Assembly (NCBI GenBank): GCA_050950165.1
Contig: JBMNHC010000001.1
Coordinates: forward strand, 191,151 to 255,150
DNA: 64,000 nucleotides
Direction of reading: 5' to 3'
Source: Candidatus Dojkabacteria bacterium
Lineage (GTDB): Bacteria; Patescibacteriota; Dojkabacteria; SC72
Positions within the stretch are counted from its first letter, which is position 1; each line of letters begins with the position of its first letter. The notes under the pieces were generated by a model that saw nothing but the letters and a program-made list of their open reading frames with translations, was not told the DNA's origin and ran no database searches. The position numbers and the translations under genes were made by a program. Positions 39,641-48,571 of this stretch are shown piece by piece.

Positions 39641-41746
39641 TTAACTTCCTTGTACATTCGCACCCCCAATTTCATCTGCAATATTTTTAGGAACCTCTGC
39701 ATAGTGAGATGGTTCAATACTAGCGCTACCTCTACCACTTGTAAGAGACCTTAATTCACTGGTATATCCAAACAACTCAGAAAGTGGAACTAGTGCATTG
39801 ATAACAGTAATACCACTACCAATATCTTCACTACCTTGAATCTGACCTCTCTTACTACTTAATGATCCCGTTACATCACCCATATATTCCTGAGGAATCT
39901 CTACTGCAACATCCATAATGGGTTCTAAAAGAATAGGATTTGCTTTCTTACAACCATCTCTAAATGCCATAGATGCTGCAATCTTAAATGCTACTTCAGA
40001 AGAGTCAACCTCGTGATATGAACCGTCATAAACAGTTACCTTGATATCAACAACTGGATATCCTGCAACAACACCTGCCTTTGTTGCCTCTACAACTCCC
40101 TTCTGTACTGCAGGAATATATTCTTTAGGTATAGTACCTCCCTTAATTGCATCGATAAATTCAAAGCCTCCTCCTTGTTTGTTAGGTTCAATCTTAAGCC
40201 AACAGTGACCATACTGCCCCTTACCACCTGACTGCTTTACATACCTTCCCTCTGATTGTTCACATATACCCTTAATTGTTTCTCTGTATGCTACCTGAGG
40301 CTTACCTACATTTGCTGCAACATTAAATTCTCTCTTTAATCTGTCTACCATAATTTCTAAGTGAAGCTCACCCATTCCAGAGATAATGGTTTGTCCTGTC
40401 TCATGATTTGTTTCAACTCTGAATGTAGGATCTTCTTTAACAAGCCTTGCTAATGATTCAGACATCTTCTCTTCATCAGACTTTGTAGCAGGTTCAATAG
40501 CTTGAGAGATAACAGGTTCTGCAAATGTAATCTGTTCTAGAATAATGGGGTTATTTTCATCACAAATTGTATCTCCAGTTACAGAGGCCTTTAGACCTAC
40601 AATTGCACCAATATCTCCTGCTCTGAGCATATCTACTTCTTCTCTATCATCAGCGTGCATAAGAACAAGTCTTCCTACTCTCTCTTTAACATTTTTTGTC
40701 GTATTTAATACATACGTACCTGCTTTAATAACACCTGAGTAAAGTCTAAAGTAAGAGAGATTACCTATATGTGGATCATTAACTATCTTAAAAACAAGAC
40801 CTGCAAATGGCTCACTTTCATCTGCTTTTCTCTCAATCTCGGCACCCGTTTTAGGATGATCTCCCTGTACAGGAGGAACATCTAATGGAGAAGGAAGACA
40901 CAGTGTAATATAGTTTAACAAGGTTTTAGCCATAGGGGATCTAGAATCTCCACCTAATACTGGATATATCTTGTTTTCCAAAGTCCCTTTCCTAAGAACA
41001 GTTTTTAACTCATCTACTGTAATCTCTTCACCTTCAAAGAATTTCTCCATTAAGCTATCATCTAACTCAACCAAAGTTTCAACTAACACAGCCCTATACT
41101 GATTAACCTTCTCCTTCATATCTTCAGGAATCTCAATCTCTTTTAAATCTTCTGACTCTACAGCAGAGTACTCATATGCCTTCATCTCTATTAAATCTAC
41201 ATATCCATGCAAATCTGCCTCTCTTCCAATTGGCAAAACTATAGCTACTGCCTTATTACTCAATCTTGTTTTAATCGTACCAAAACTCTTTTCAAAATCT
41301 CCCCCTATTAGATTAATCTTGTTCATAAAACAGATTCTAGGTACTTTATACTTGTTTGCTTGTCTCCAAACTGTCTCTGATTGAGGCTCTACACCCTTTC
41401 TTCCGTCGAAGATAACTACTGCACCATCCAATACCCTTAAAGATCTCTCTACCTCTGCAGTAAAGTCTACGTGTCCTGGTGTATCAATGATATTAATTCT
41501 GTACCTCTTCCCATCATAATCCCAGAAACATGTTACAGCTGCAGATTGAATAGTAATTCCTCTCTCTCTTTCTTGTTCCATAAAGTCTGTTGTTGCAGCA
41601 CCATCATGAACCTCACCAATCTTGTGAATCTGACCTGTAAAGTATAAAAGTCTTTCAGTAGTTGTAGTTTTACCAGCATCAATATGTGCGATAATTCCAA
41701 TATTTCTAATCTGCTCCAATGGCATTTTTACATCATACGTTTGCAT
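39641..41746 (-). CDS. fusA: Elongation factor G
   Basis: [21 protein letters not shown]. 701 aa. Confidence 0.95.
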   Translation of the reverse strand: MQTYDVKMPLEQIRNIGIIAHIDAGKTTTTERLLYFTGQIHKIGEVHDGAATTDFMEQERERGITIQSAAVTCFWDYDGKRYRINIIDTPGHVDFTAEVERSLRVLDGAVVIFDGRKGVEPQSETVWRQANKYKVPRICFMNKINLIGGDFEKSFGTIKTRLSNKAVAIVLPIGREADLHGYVDLIEMKAYEYSAVESEDLKEIEIPEDMKEKVNQYRAVLVETLVELDDSLMEKFFEGEEITVDELKTVLRKGTLENKIYPVLGGDSRSPMAKTLLNYITLCLPSPLDVPPVQGDHPKTGAEIERKADESEPFAGLVFKIVNDPHIGNLSYFRLYSGVIKAGTYVLNTTKNVKERVGRLVLMHADDREEVDMLRAGDIGAIVGLKASVTGDTICDENNPIILEQITFAEPVISQAIEPATKSDEEKMSESLARLVKEDPTFRVETNHETGQTIISGMGELHLEIMVDRLKREFNVAANVGKPQVAYRETIKGICEQSEGRYVKQSGGKGQYGHCWLKIEPNKQGGGFEFIDAIKGGTIPKEYIPAVQKGVVEATKAGVVAGYPVVDIKVTVYDGSYHEVDSSEVAFKIAASMAFRDGCKKANPILLEPIMDVAVEIPQEYMGDVTGSLSSKRGQIQGSEDIGSGITVINALVPLSELFGYTSELRSLTSGRGSASIEPSHYAEVPKNIADEIGGANVQGS

Positions 41747-41815
41747 ATTGTTAATAATAAAATTTAAGACCTAATGGGATATTAGGATAGAATACGCAAT
41801 GGGGATTATAACAAA

Positions 41816-43246
41816 CTAATTAATTCTAGCCAATAGCTTCTGTGCATCATCTGTTGTTAATCTCTGCATATCATACTCTATAGATTTTTTAGAGTAGTTT
41901 CTGGCCTCATCTAAGTTCCCCTCTTGAAACTTTAGATATCCCATTAACAAATTATACCTAGGGTCATATTTATCCAATTCCCAATATGTATCCAGAGTCC
42001 TCTTTGCCTCATCCAATTCGTTATTCTCTATAGCAATCTTTGCTCTCCAGTATAGATACTCTCTCTTGTATTCACCCTCTAACTCCTCGTACTCTACTTT
42101 TTTAGAATAGTACAAAATCTTTTCACTCTGCTTTGTTAAATATGAAAGCTTAATGTAATAGATATCTACCCAAGGCTCTTTAAACAAAAGACTTGCTTTT
42201 CTTAAAACCTCTTCAGCCTTTGTAGTCTGATTATTACTTAGCAGTAAATCTATATACTCTTGATACAACTTAACATCCCCATTATCTCCTCCAAAAGATA
42301 CTGCACTATCATAGTAAGAGAATGCGTTGTTCAAATCGTCTAACATATAGTAATTACGTGCTACTAACCAATATAGATATTGATTTAACTTACTTAATGT
42401 CGTCACTCCAACTAATGTATCCAAACTCTTCTGATAATTACCACTCTCATAGTACCCTTTCGCTAAGAGATAGAGTCCATCTACATACTCTCCCATATCT
42501 TTTTTAACAGGCTCTAATACAACTACTGCTAAGTATGGGAATTCTGCACTAAGATAGCTATTTGCTAACTTAGCTCTGTTGTACAAGTTATTATCATCTA
42601 AACCATTTAAAGTAGCCTTCCAATCAGCATACTCTTCTTTCATACCCTCCGATGGCTCTATTTTAGATATCTCACTCTCTGCTTTTTCATAGTCCGAAAG
42701 AGCCAAGATATATGATGAGATTAATCTAACTTCTTCAACTAAATCTGTACTAAAAGTAGTTTTTAAAATACTCTTCGCCTTTTCAATATCTCCCTGTTGC
42801 AAGTATGTTTTAGCAATATTTAAACGTACAGAGTCATTATCTACATCAGCAGATTTTGCTAATTCAAAACAAACTAATGCCTGAGAATATTCATTACGAT
42901 TATAGAAGGCCTCACCAACATCTTCATACAGCAGTGCCCTATCCTTATCATTTAGCTTGTTCGCTGACTCATCCACTATCTTCTTTGCATCTTCTACTCT
43001 CTGCTTTTCTAAAAGCAAATTTACTATCCTTTGATGAGCTTCAAATTTAGAAGGAATTAACCTAGTAGCATCACTTAAAATCTCCATAGCAGAGGAGTAC
43101 TCTTTACCTTCAATTAATAGGTCTGCCTGAGATATTAGTTGATCATATTTAGCGATATCCTCTTTAGAGGGTGTACAACCAGAAAGTAGCAATACACTAA
43201 CTAAAAGGATAGCCATATACAATATTGTTTTGTGTAAGTTTTTCAT
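41816..43246 (-). CDS. TPR-repeat lipoprotein
   Basis: Lipobox LLSGC at the N-terminus. Multiple tetratricopeptide-like repeats. Confidence 0.6.
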   Translation of the reverse strand: MKNLHKTILYMAILLVSVLLLSGCTPSKEDIAKYDQLISQADLLIEGKEYSSAMEILSDATRLIPSKFEAHQRIVNLLLEKQRVEDAKKIVDESANKLNDKDRALLYEDVGEAFYNRNEYSQALVCFELAKSADVDNDSVRLNIAKTYLQQGDIEKAKSILKTTFSTDLVEEVRLISSYILALSDYEKAESEISKIEPSEGMKEEYADWKATLNGLDDNNLYNRAKLANSYLSAEFPYLAVVVLEPVKKDMGEYVDGLYLLAKGYYESGNYQKSLDTLVGVTTLSKLNQYLYWLVARNYYMLDDLNNAFSYYDSAVSFGGDNGDVKLYQEYIDLLLSNNQTTKAEEVLRKASLLFKEPWVDIYYIKLSYLTKQSEKILYYSKKVEYEELEGEYKREYLYWRAKIAIENNELDEAKRTLDTYWELDKYDPRYNLLMGYLKFQEGNLDEARNYSKKSIEYDMQRLTTDDAQKLLARIN

Positions 43247-43317
43247 ATTTATACCAACTAGATATTCCTAATCCATTTTACACATGTTTTTACAATCATG
43301 CTATACTCCTTAATACC

Positions 43318-44289
43318 ATGCTCAAGTATAAGAGAGTATATACTGATATTGATATACAAAGAAGAAGAGAAAGGTACAAGTTTAAACAAAAGATACTAAT
43401 TACTTTACTAATAGCTGTCCCCCTATTAACCATATTTCTGCTCTCTTCTGCAAACATTTCCGCTCTAGCTAGTGAAGTGAATAACGTTAGTTCGGATTTT
43501 GATATTAAATATCTAGTATTTGGAACTAATACTGAAGTAGAGAGAAGCTCTAGAAGACCAAAGCTCATTCATATAAAGAGAGGAGAATATGTATATACAA
43601 TATTTACACTAGAAACAGATATATACAAAATATTACAGGGATCTTTCATAAGTCTGAATAGTAAAGATAGGGTCATTATCAATACTGAATATATTAAAAA
43701 TGGTAGTTTAGTAAGGATAGTACAAACAGAGAGTCTAATTGAGCAGATAGAGATAGAGATACCGTTTAATTCAGAAACTATTAAAACTGATAAATATGCT
43801 AAAGGAGAACAGAATATCCTTCAACAAGGAGTTTTAGGAGTCAAAACTCAACAATTACTTAGCTACTATGAAGACGGAATATTAGTAGATAGAGTAATAC
43901 TTGCAGAAAGAGTTGTTAAAGAACCTGTCAAGCAGATTGTAGAAATTGGAACAGCTTTCTACTCCCTAGCAGGTATAGAACCTAGAGGATATAACTGTCC
44001 ATATTGGTATCAAGTAGTAGACGCAGGTCCATATACAGAGGAAGAGAAGAGATGGCTAAAGTTTGTAATGCACTGCGAGTCAGGTTGTAATGCGGAATCT
44101 AACAAAAACTTCTACAAGGGACTCTTTCAGTGGAGTCCAACAACATGGAGAAAGCAATTCTCTGAAAATATCTTTGATGGACATGCACAGATAAAAAATA
44201 CTGTTTCTAAATATAGGGCTGGAGAAAGTACAAGAGCAAACCAATGGCCAGCTTGTAATAAAAAGTACAATGAACAATCCTCACAATAG
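43318..44289 (+). CDS. RpfB-like secreted protein: G5 domain plus Rpf-type transglycosylase-like domain
   Basis: Signal anchor. G5-like segment (GEQNILQQGVLGVKTQQ...YEDGILVDRVILAERVVKEPV.QIVEIGT). C-terminal CESGCNAESN....YKGLFQWSPTTW matches the Rpf transglycosylase-like signature. ATG at 43318 is preferred. Confidence 0.6.
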   Translation: MLKYKRVYTDIDIQRRRERYKFKQKILITLLIAVPLLTIFLLSSANISALASEVNNVSSDFDIKYLVFGTNTEVERSSRRPKLIHIKRGEYVYTIFTLETDIYKILQGSFISLNSKDRVIINTEYIKNGSLVRIVQTESLIEQIEIEIPFNSETIKTDKYAKGEQNILQQGVLGVKTQQLLSYYEDGILVDRVILAERVVKEPVKQIVEIGTAFYSLAGIEPRGYNCPYWYQVVDAGPYTEEEKRWLKFVMHCESGCNAESNKNFYKGLFQWSPTTWRKQFSENIFDGHAQIKNTVSKYRAGESTRANQWPACNKKYNEQSSQ

Positions 44290-44292
44290 ATA

Positions 44293-46305
44293 TTAGCTAT
44301 AATACTCACATATCTCTTCTGGAATTTCTCCTAAGAATCTAGATGGGATCTGAGTATTATACCCATCTCTTCCTTGTCTCTTTTCAGCAAATGTTAAAAA
44401 GAGCTTCTCTTTAGCCCTTGTAATACCTACATAGCACAAACGCCTCTCTTCCTCTAAATCATCTTCATCTAGAAAGGATCTAGAGTGAGGTAAAATACCC
44501 TCTTCCATACCCACTATAAATACATATTCAAATTCTAAACCTTTAGAAGAGTGTAAAGTCATAAGATTAACATAATCACCACTACCATCTTGATTTTTAT
44601 CCGTCTCCTGCTCAATCAAATTTATCTCTTGCAAGAAGATATCTAAAGATTTCTCATCATATTCTCTAGCATAGCTACCTGCTACACTTTTTAGTTCTTC
44701 AATATTTTCCTTCTTGTACGCTGCTGCCTCAGAACCATCATCCATCCATTCAACATATCTTGTTTCTCTAAGAATTAAATCGATAATAGAGAGGACATCT
44801 AATCCCTGAGACTCTGTATATATACCTCCGAATGTATTAATAAGTAGAGAATATTTATCCAATAGAGAGATATTGCTCTCCAAAGATGAATACGAGATAC
44901 CCTTAACTAATCTAGGTAGTGAGTTTTTTATCTCATATGCTGCAACAAGCATCTGACCTACTGTTAACTTACACAATTTAGCAATATCGTATAAAGCAGA
45001 AACTGACTTAGGACCTATCTTTCTAGTAGGAATATTAAGCACCCTTCCTAAACTAAGCTCATCTTTAAGGTTATAAATAAACTTAAGATAGCTTAAGATA
45101 TCTTTAACCTCTTTCCTTTCATAGAAACGAAAACCTCCCACCAACTTATACGGTATCCCATTTTTTAAGAATGCTTCTTCAATAGCTCTTGATTGATAAT
45201 TCGTTCTATAAAGAACTGCAATATCAGAAAGAGTAGCACCTTCTCTTCTAAATCTATTTATCTCATCTACTACAAACTGTGCTTCTTCATCCTGATCTAT
45301 AGCCTGATATACAACAATATTTTCACCAGAGCTTTTCTCTGTCCAGAGAGCTTTCTCAACCCTCAAGTTATTCTGTTTTATAACGGCTGTAGCAGCACTA
45401 ATTACATTAGCACTAGATCTGTAGTTTTGTTCAAGTTTTACAACCTTAACATCACTAAAATCTTTTTCAAAAGACTGAATATTTTTAATATCAGCACCTC
45501 TCCATGCATATATACCTTGATCATCATCTCCTACTACACAAATATTTTTGTACTTTTCTGATAGGAGTTTTGCAAACATATATTGAGCATTATTAGTATC
45601 CTGATACTCATCTATCATGATATATCTATACTTCTCCTGATATCTATCTAATATATCCTTGTTTTCTGAAAGTAGTTTAACTGTAAGATAGAGTAAATCT
45701 CCAAAATCTACAGCATTCTGATTACTTAACTGCTTTTGATATAAAGGATATATATTAGCTGTAATATCTTCTAAAAAACCACCAAAGTAATTACGAAAGT
45801 TATCTGGAGATACCATTCTATCCTTTGCAGATGAGATGAAATAGAGAATTGCTTTTGGTTTAATCTGTTTAATATCAATATCCTGTTCTACGAGAATATC
45901 TTTTATCAAATTCTCTGAATCATCTGTATCAAAGATAGAAAAGTTTGGTGCTAATCCCATCTTAGATGCATTCTCTCTCAAAAAGAGAGCCCCTATCGAG
46001 TGAAAAGTCCCTATTAATGGCTTCTTATTCGTATTAACAGAAAGCTCTTTTAACAAAGATGATACTCTCTCTTGCATCTCTCCTGCTGCTTTCTTTGTAA
46101 ATGTCACAGCCAAGATATTCTCGGGAGAGACCTCTTTTCTCGTAATCAGGTAAGCTATTCTGTTTGTAATAACTCTTGTCTTACCAGAACCTGCCCCTGC
46201 AAATACAAGAAGAGGCCCCTCTGTTGTCTCCACGGCAACCTTTTGTGGAGTATTTAGTTTTCCGAGAATAATATCTTGGGGTGCCACGTAGTTGATTATA
46301 TTCAA
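44293..46305 (-). CDS. pcrA: ATP-dependent DNA helicase, UvrD/PcrA family
   Basis: GAGSGKTRV Walker A, UvrD helicase motifs. 670 aa. Confidence 0.85.
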   Translation of the reverse strand: MNIINYVAPQDIILGKLNTPQKVAVETTEGPLLVFAGAGSGKTRVITNRIAYLITRKEVSPENILAVTFTKKAAGEMQERVSSLLKELSVNTNKKPLIGTFHSIGALFLRENASKMGLAPNFSIFDTDDSENLIKDILVEQDIDIKQIKPKAILYFISSAKDRMVSPDNFRNYFGGFLEDITANIYPLYQKQLSNQNAVDFGDLLYLTVKLLSENKDILDRYQEKYRYIMIDEYQDTNNAQYMFAKLLSEKYKNICVVGDDDQGIYAWRGADIKNIQSFEKDFSDVKVVKLEQNYRSSANVISAATAVIKQNNLRVEKALWTEKSSGENIVVYQAIDQDEEAQFVVDEINRFRREGATLSDIAVLYRTNYQSRAIEEAFLKNGIPYKLVGGFRFYERKEVKDILSYLKFIYNLKDELSLGRVLNIPTRKIGPKSVSALYDIAKLCKLTVGQMLVAAYEIKNSLPRLVKGISYSSLESNISLLDKYSLLINTFGGIYTESQGLDVLSIIDLILRETRYVEWMDDGSEAAAYKKENIEELKSVAGSYAREYDEKSLDIFLQEINLIEQETDKNQDGSGDYVNLMTLHSSKGLEFEYVFIVGMEEGILPHSRSFLDEDDLEEERRLCYVGITRAKEKLFLTFAEKRQGRDGYNTQIPSRFLGEIPEEICEYYS

Positions 46306-46371
46306 ATTGAATTAGAAGAGACAGTAAAAAAGGGTTATAAGATAAAGATATGGAGAATTCTTTACTATAAG

Positions 46372-47565
46372 CTACAACTCCTTAATATATTTCTGATAGA
46401 CCCAACCTAGACTACCCTCTTTATACACAATCTCATACCATCCTTCCTCTTTTTTAGTTGTAATAAATACATCTCCGTCATTAGCCACCTCTACTTTTTT
46501 ACAGCTATACCATCTACAATCTCTAATATTTACAAATCCATACTCTGGTGAAACAACCTCTACCAACTTATGAGAACCAGCGACAATTTTAAATTTTACT
46601 TCAAACTTAGACCCTTCAAATAGAGAACCAACATCTTTTGTAAAGACAAATTTCTCTCCATACTCACCAGGTCTATTCTTTGCAGCCATAAGGAAGTTAA
46701 CCTCTATACTATCTCCAGGTGCTAAATACTTCCCTTCGATATATGCTGGTTTACTAAAACTTTGCCAAACTGAATTAATAGCATATGGACTCTCCTTACC
46801 ATTTTCTGTAGAGATATATACATACTTTTTATCTAAAAACCAAGGGAAATCATTCTCATTCATTACTTTTACTTTAACAGGCAACTGCTTCCCTATCTCT
46901 ATCTCTTCTGGATACTCAACGCTCTCTATACTAGCCTTATACTCTAAATGCTCTGCATCAGACCACTTAACAGAACTTAAAGCTCCATCTATCTCTGTTC
47001 TTAACGAAGAGAGAGACTTCTGAGCTACCATATATGATCTTTGACTCTCTTTACTAACAATTTTTAGATCAACAAAATCCCATGAACCTTTCACAATACC
47101 ATATCTGTAAGAGAGAGTTTCGACTAATTCTTCTAACGATGTACTAACTCTAGGTGTTAAAGAAGAGCCGTCACTTAACAATCCAATCAATACGATATTT
47201 TCTCCACCTTGTAATCCTGGATTAGCCCCAACACCTCCCTTTGAAACCTCATACACATTTCCCCCACCATCTATTAAGTAGTTGTAAGGGATATCATTTA
47301 GCTTTAATCTTGTAATACTGTAGTAGTAGATTGCTCTAATTAATCCTTTAGAATTATTCTTTAACTCTTCATTCCCAACATGAACCTGAGAAATATATAT
47401 CTTCATGGGTTGAGAATAGAGGACCTGTTGCTCAGCTAAGGCATCATCTAGTTTTAAATCTTGCCTATTTACCACTTCAAAAGCAGATACTACAGATCCA
47501 CTTGTAAAAAGTAAGACAACAAAAAGAACTAATATTATAAATCTATTTAATATCTTCATTAGCAT
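46372..47565 (-). CDS. Secreted Amidase_2 (PGRP)-like peptidoglycan amidase homologue with C-terminal SH3b-like domain
   Basis: Signal peptide. IYISQVHVGNE...IRAIYYY...DIPYNYLIDGGGNVYEVSKGGVGANPGLQGGENIVLIGLLSDG matches the Amidase_2 pattern. C-terminal GWYEIVYKEGSLGWVYQKYI is SH3b-like. Confidence 0.45.
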   Translation of the reverse strand: MLMKILNRFIILVLFVVLLFTSGSVVSAFEVVNRQDLKLDDALAEQQVLYSQPMKIYISQVHVGNEELKNNSKGLIRAIYYYSITRLKLNDIPYNYLIDGGGNVYEVSKGGVGANPGLQGGENIVLIGLLSDGSSLTPRVSTSLEELVETLSYRYGIVKGSWDFVDLKIVSKESQRSYMVAQKSLSSLRTEIDGALSSVKWSDAEHLEYKASIESVEYPEEIEIGKQLPVKVKVMNENDFPWFLDKKYVYISTENGKESPYAINSVWQSFSKPAYIEGKYLAPGDSIEVNFLMAAKNRPGEYGEKFVFTKDVGSLFEGSKFEVKFKIVAGSHKLVEVVSPEYGFVNIRDCRWYSCKKVEVANDGDVFITTKKEEGWYEIVYKEGSLGWVYQKYIKEL

Positions 47566-47585
47566 ATTGTATCACAAAAGTTCTT

Positions 47586-48554
47586 TTACAAAGCAATATA
47601 TCTAGGATTTACACCATTAACATAAAAGAGAGCAGGTACTGAATACTCTAAATCATCTTTGTACACCTTACATGTACTTGATATCTTAAAAACTGGAAGT
47701 AGATATCCTTGATTAGTATCTTTGTACAGAAGTATTACCTCAGATTTATCTGCAATACACCCTGTCACACTCTCTTCTATCTCTGTCCAAGAGTCATCTA
47801 GGTAGTGTAAATCTAATGTCTCTACTAATACCGAGGTATCTACATAGTGCTCTTTTGGATATTCTTTTAGATTAATATATGTTTCTAATTCCTTTCTATC
47901 AATTAAAGGAAGGAAAAAATCATACTCCTCTATCTCAGCAAGAAGAAGAGATGCTGATACAAGTTTTCCATTTTTATCAAACTTTAAAACATCCGTATAT
48001 TCATATGCATAACTAAACTGTATCGGTATATCTCCTAATACTCTAGATGCATAATATGTAGTGCCTCCATCTAAATCTCTATGTTCTTTGTTTAAAACAA
48101 ATTTATACTCCCAACCTAAATACCTATTAAAAAGTTCAGAAAATCCATCTACTCCCTTCGCCATAGATATACCTTCCCCTAGTTGAAAATTGAGGACATC
48201 TTCTAACGAATTGTATGAGAAAGTACTCTTTCCATCACTCCATTTAATAGAGGTATCCTTCTCTATCTCTTCTTTCTTTAAAACAAGACCCAACTTAGAG
48301 ATCAACTCCTCTATATTTGAAACATGTACTTTCATAAGGACAGAGTAAACAGGAATATCTTTACCCTCTCCCTCCCTTTTCATATCCGATATGTTCACAG
48401 TAACATTACTCTTCCCTAAGTTATTAGCTTCTAGAGGTTCTTCAGGATATTTTTTCTTGTTAACCAAATATATTATCCCTACTACTAGTAATATTAAAAT
48501 TAGGGAAATAATAATTACAAAAAATATATTTTTCTTACTCCATACAATTTTCAT
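47586..48554 (-). CDS. Membrane-anchored extracytoplasmic hypothetical protein
   Basis: N-terminal TM. 322 aa. No recognisable domain. Confidence 0.45.
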   Translation of the reverse strand: MKIVWSKKNIFFVIIISLILILLVVGIIYLVNKKKYPEEPLEANNLGKSNVTVNISDMKREGEGKDIPVYSVLMKVHVSNIEELISKLGLVLKKEEIEKDTSIKWSDGKSTFSYNSLEDVLNFQLGEGISMAKGVDGFSELFNRYLGWEYKFVLNKEHRDLDGGTTYYASRVLGDIPIQFSYAYEYTDVLKFDKNGKLVSASLLLAEIEEYDFFLPLIDRKELETYINLKEYPKEHYVDTSVLVETLDLHYLDDSWTEIEESVTGCIADKSEVILLYKDTNQGYLLPVFKISSTCKVYKDDLEYSVPALFYVNGVNPRYIAL

Positions 48555-48571
48555 ACTAAATATTTTTTAAT

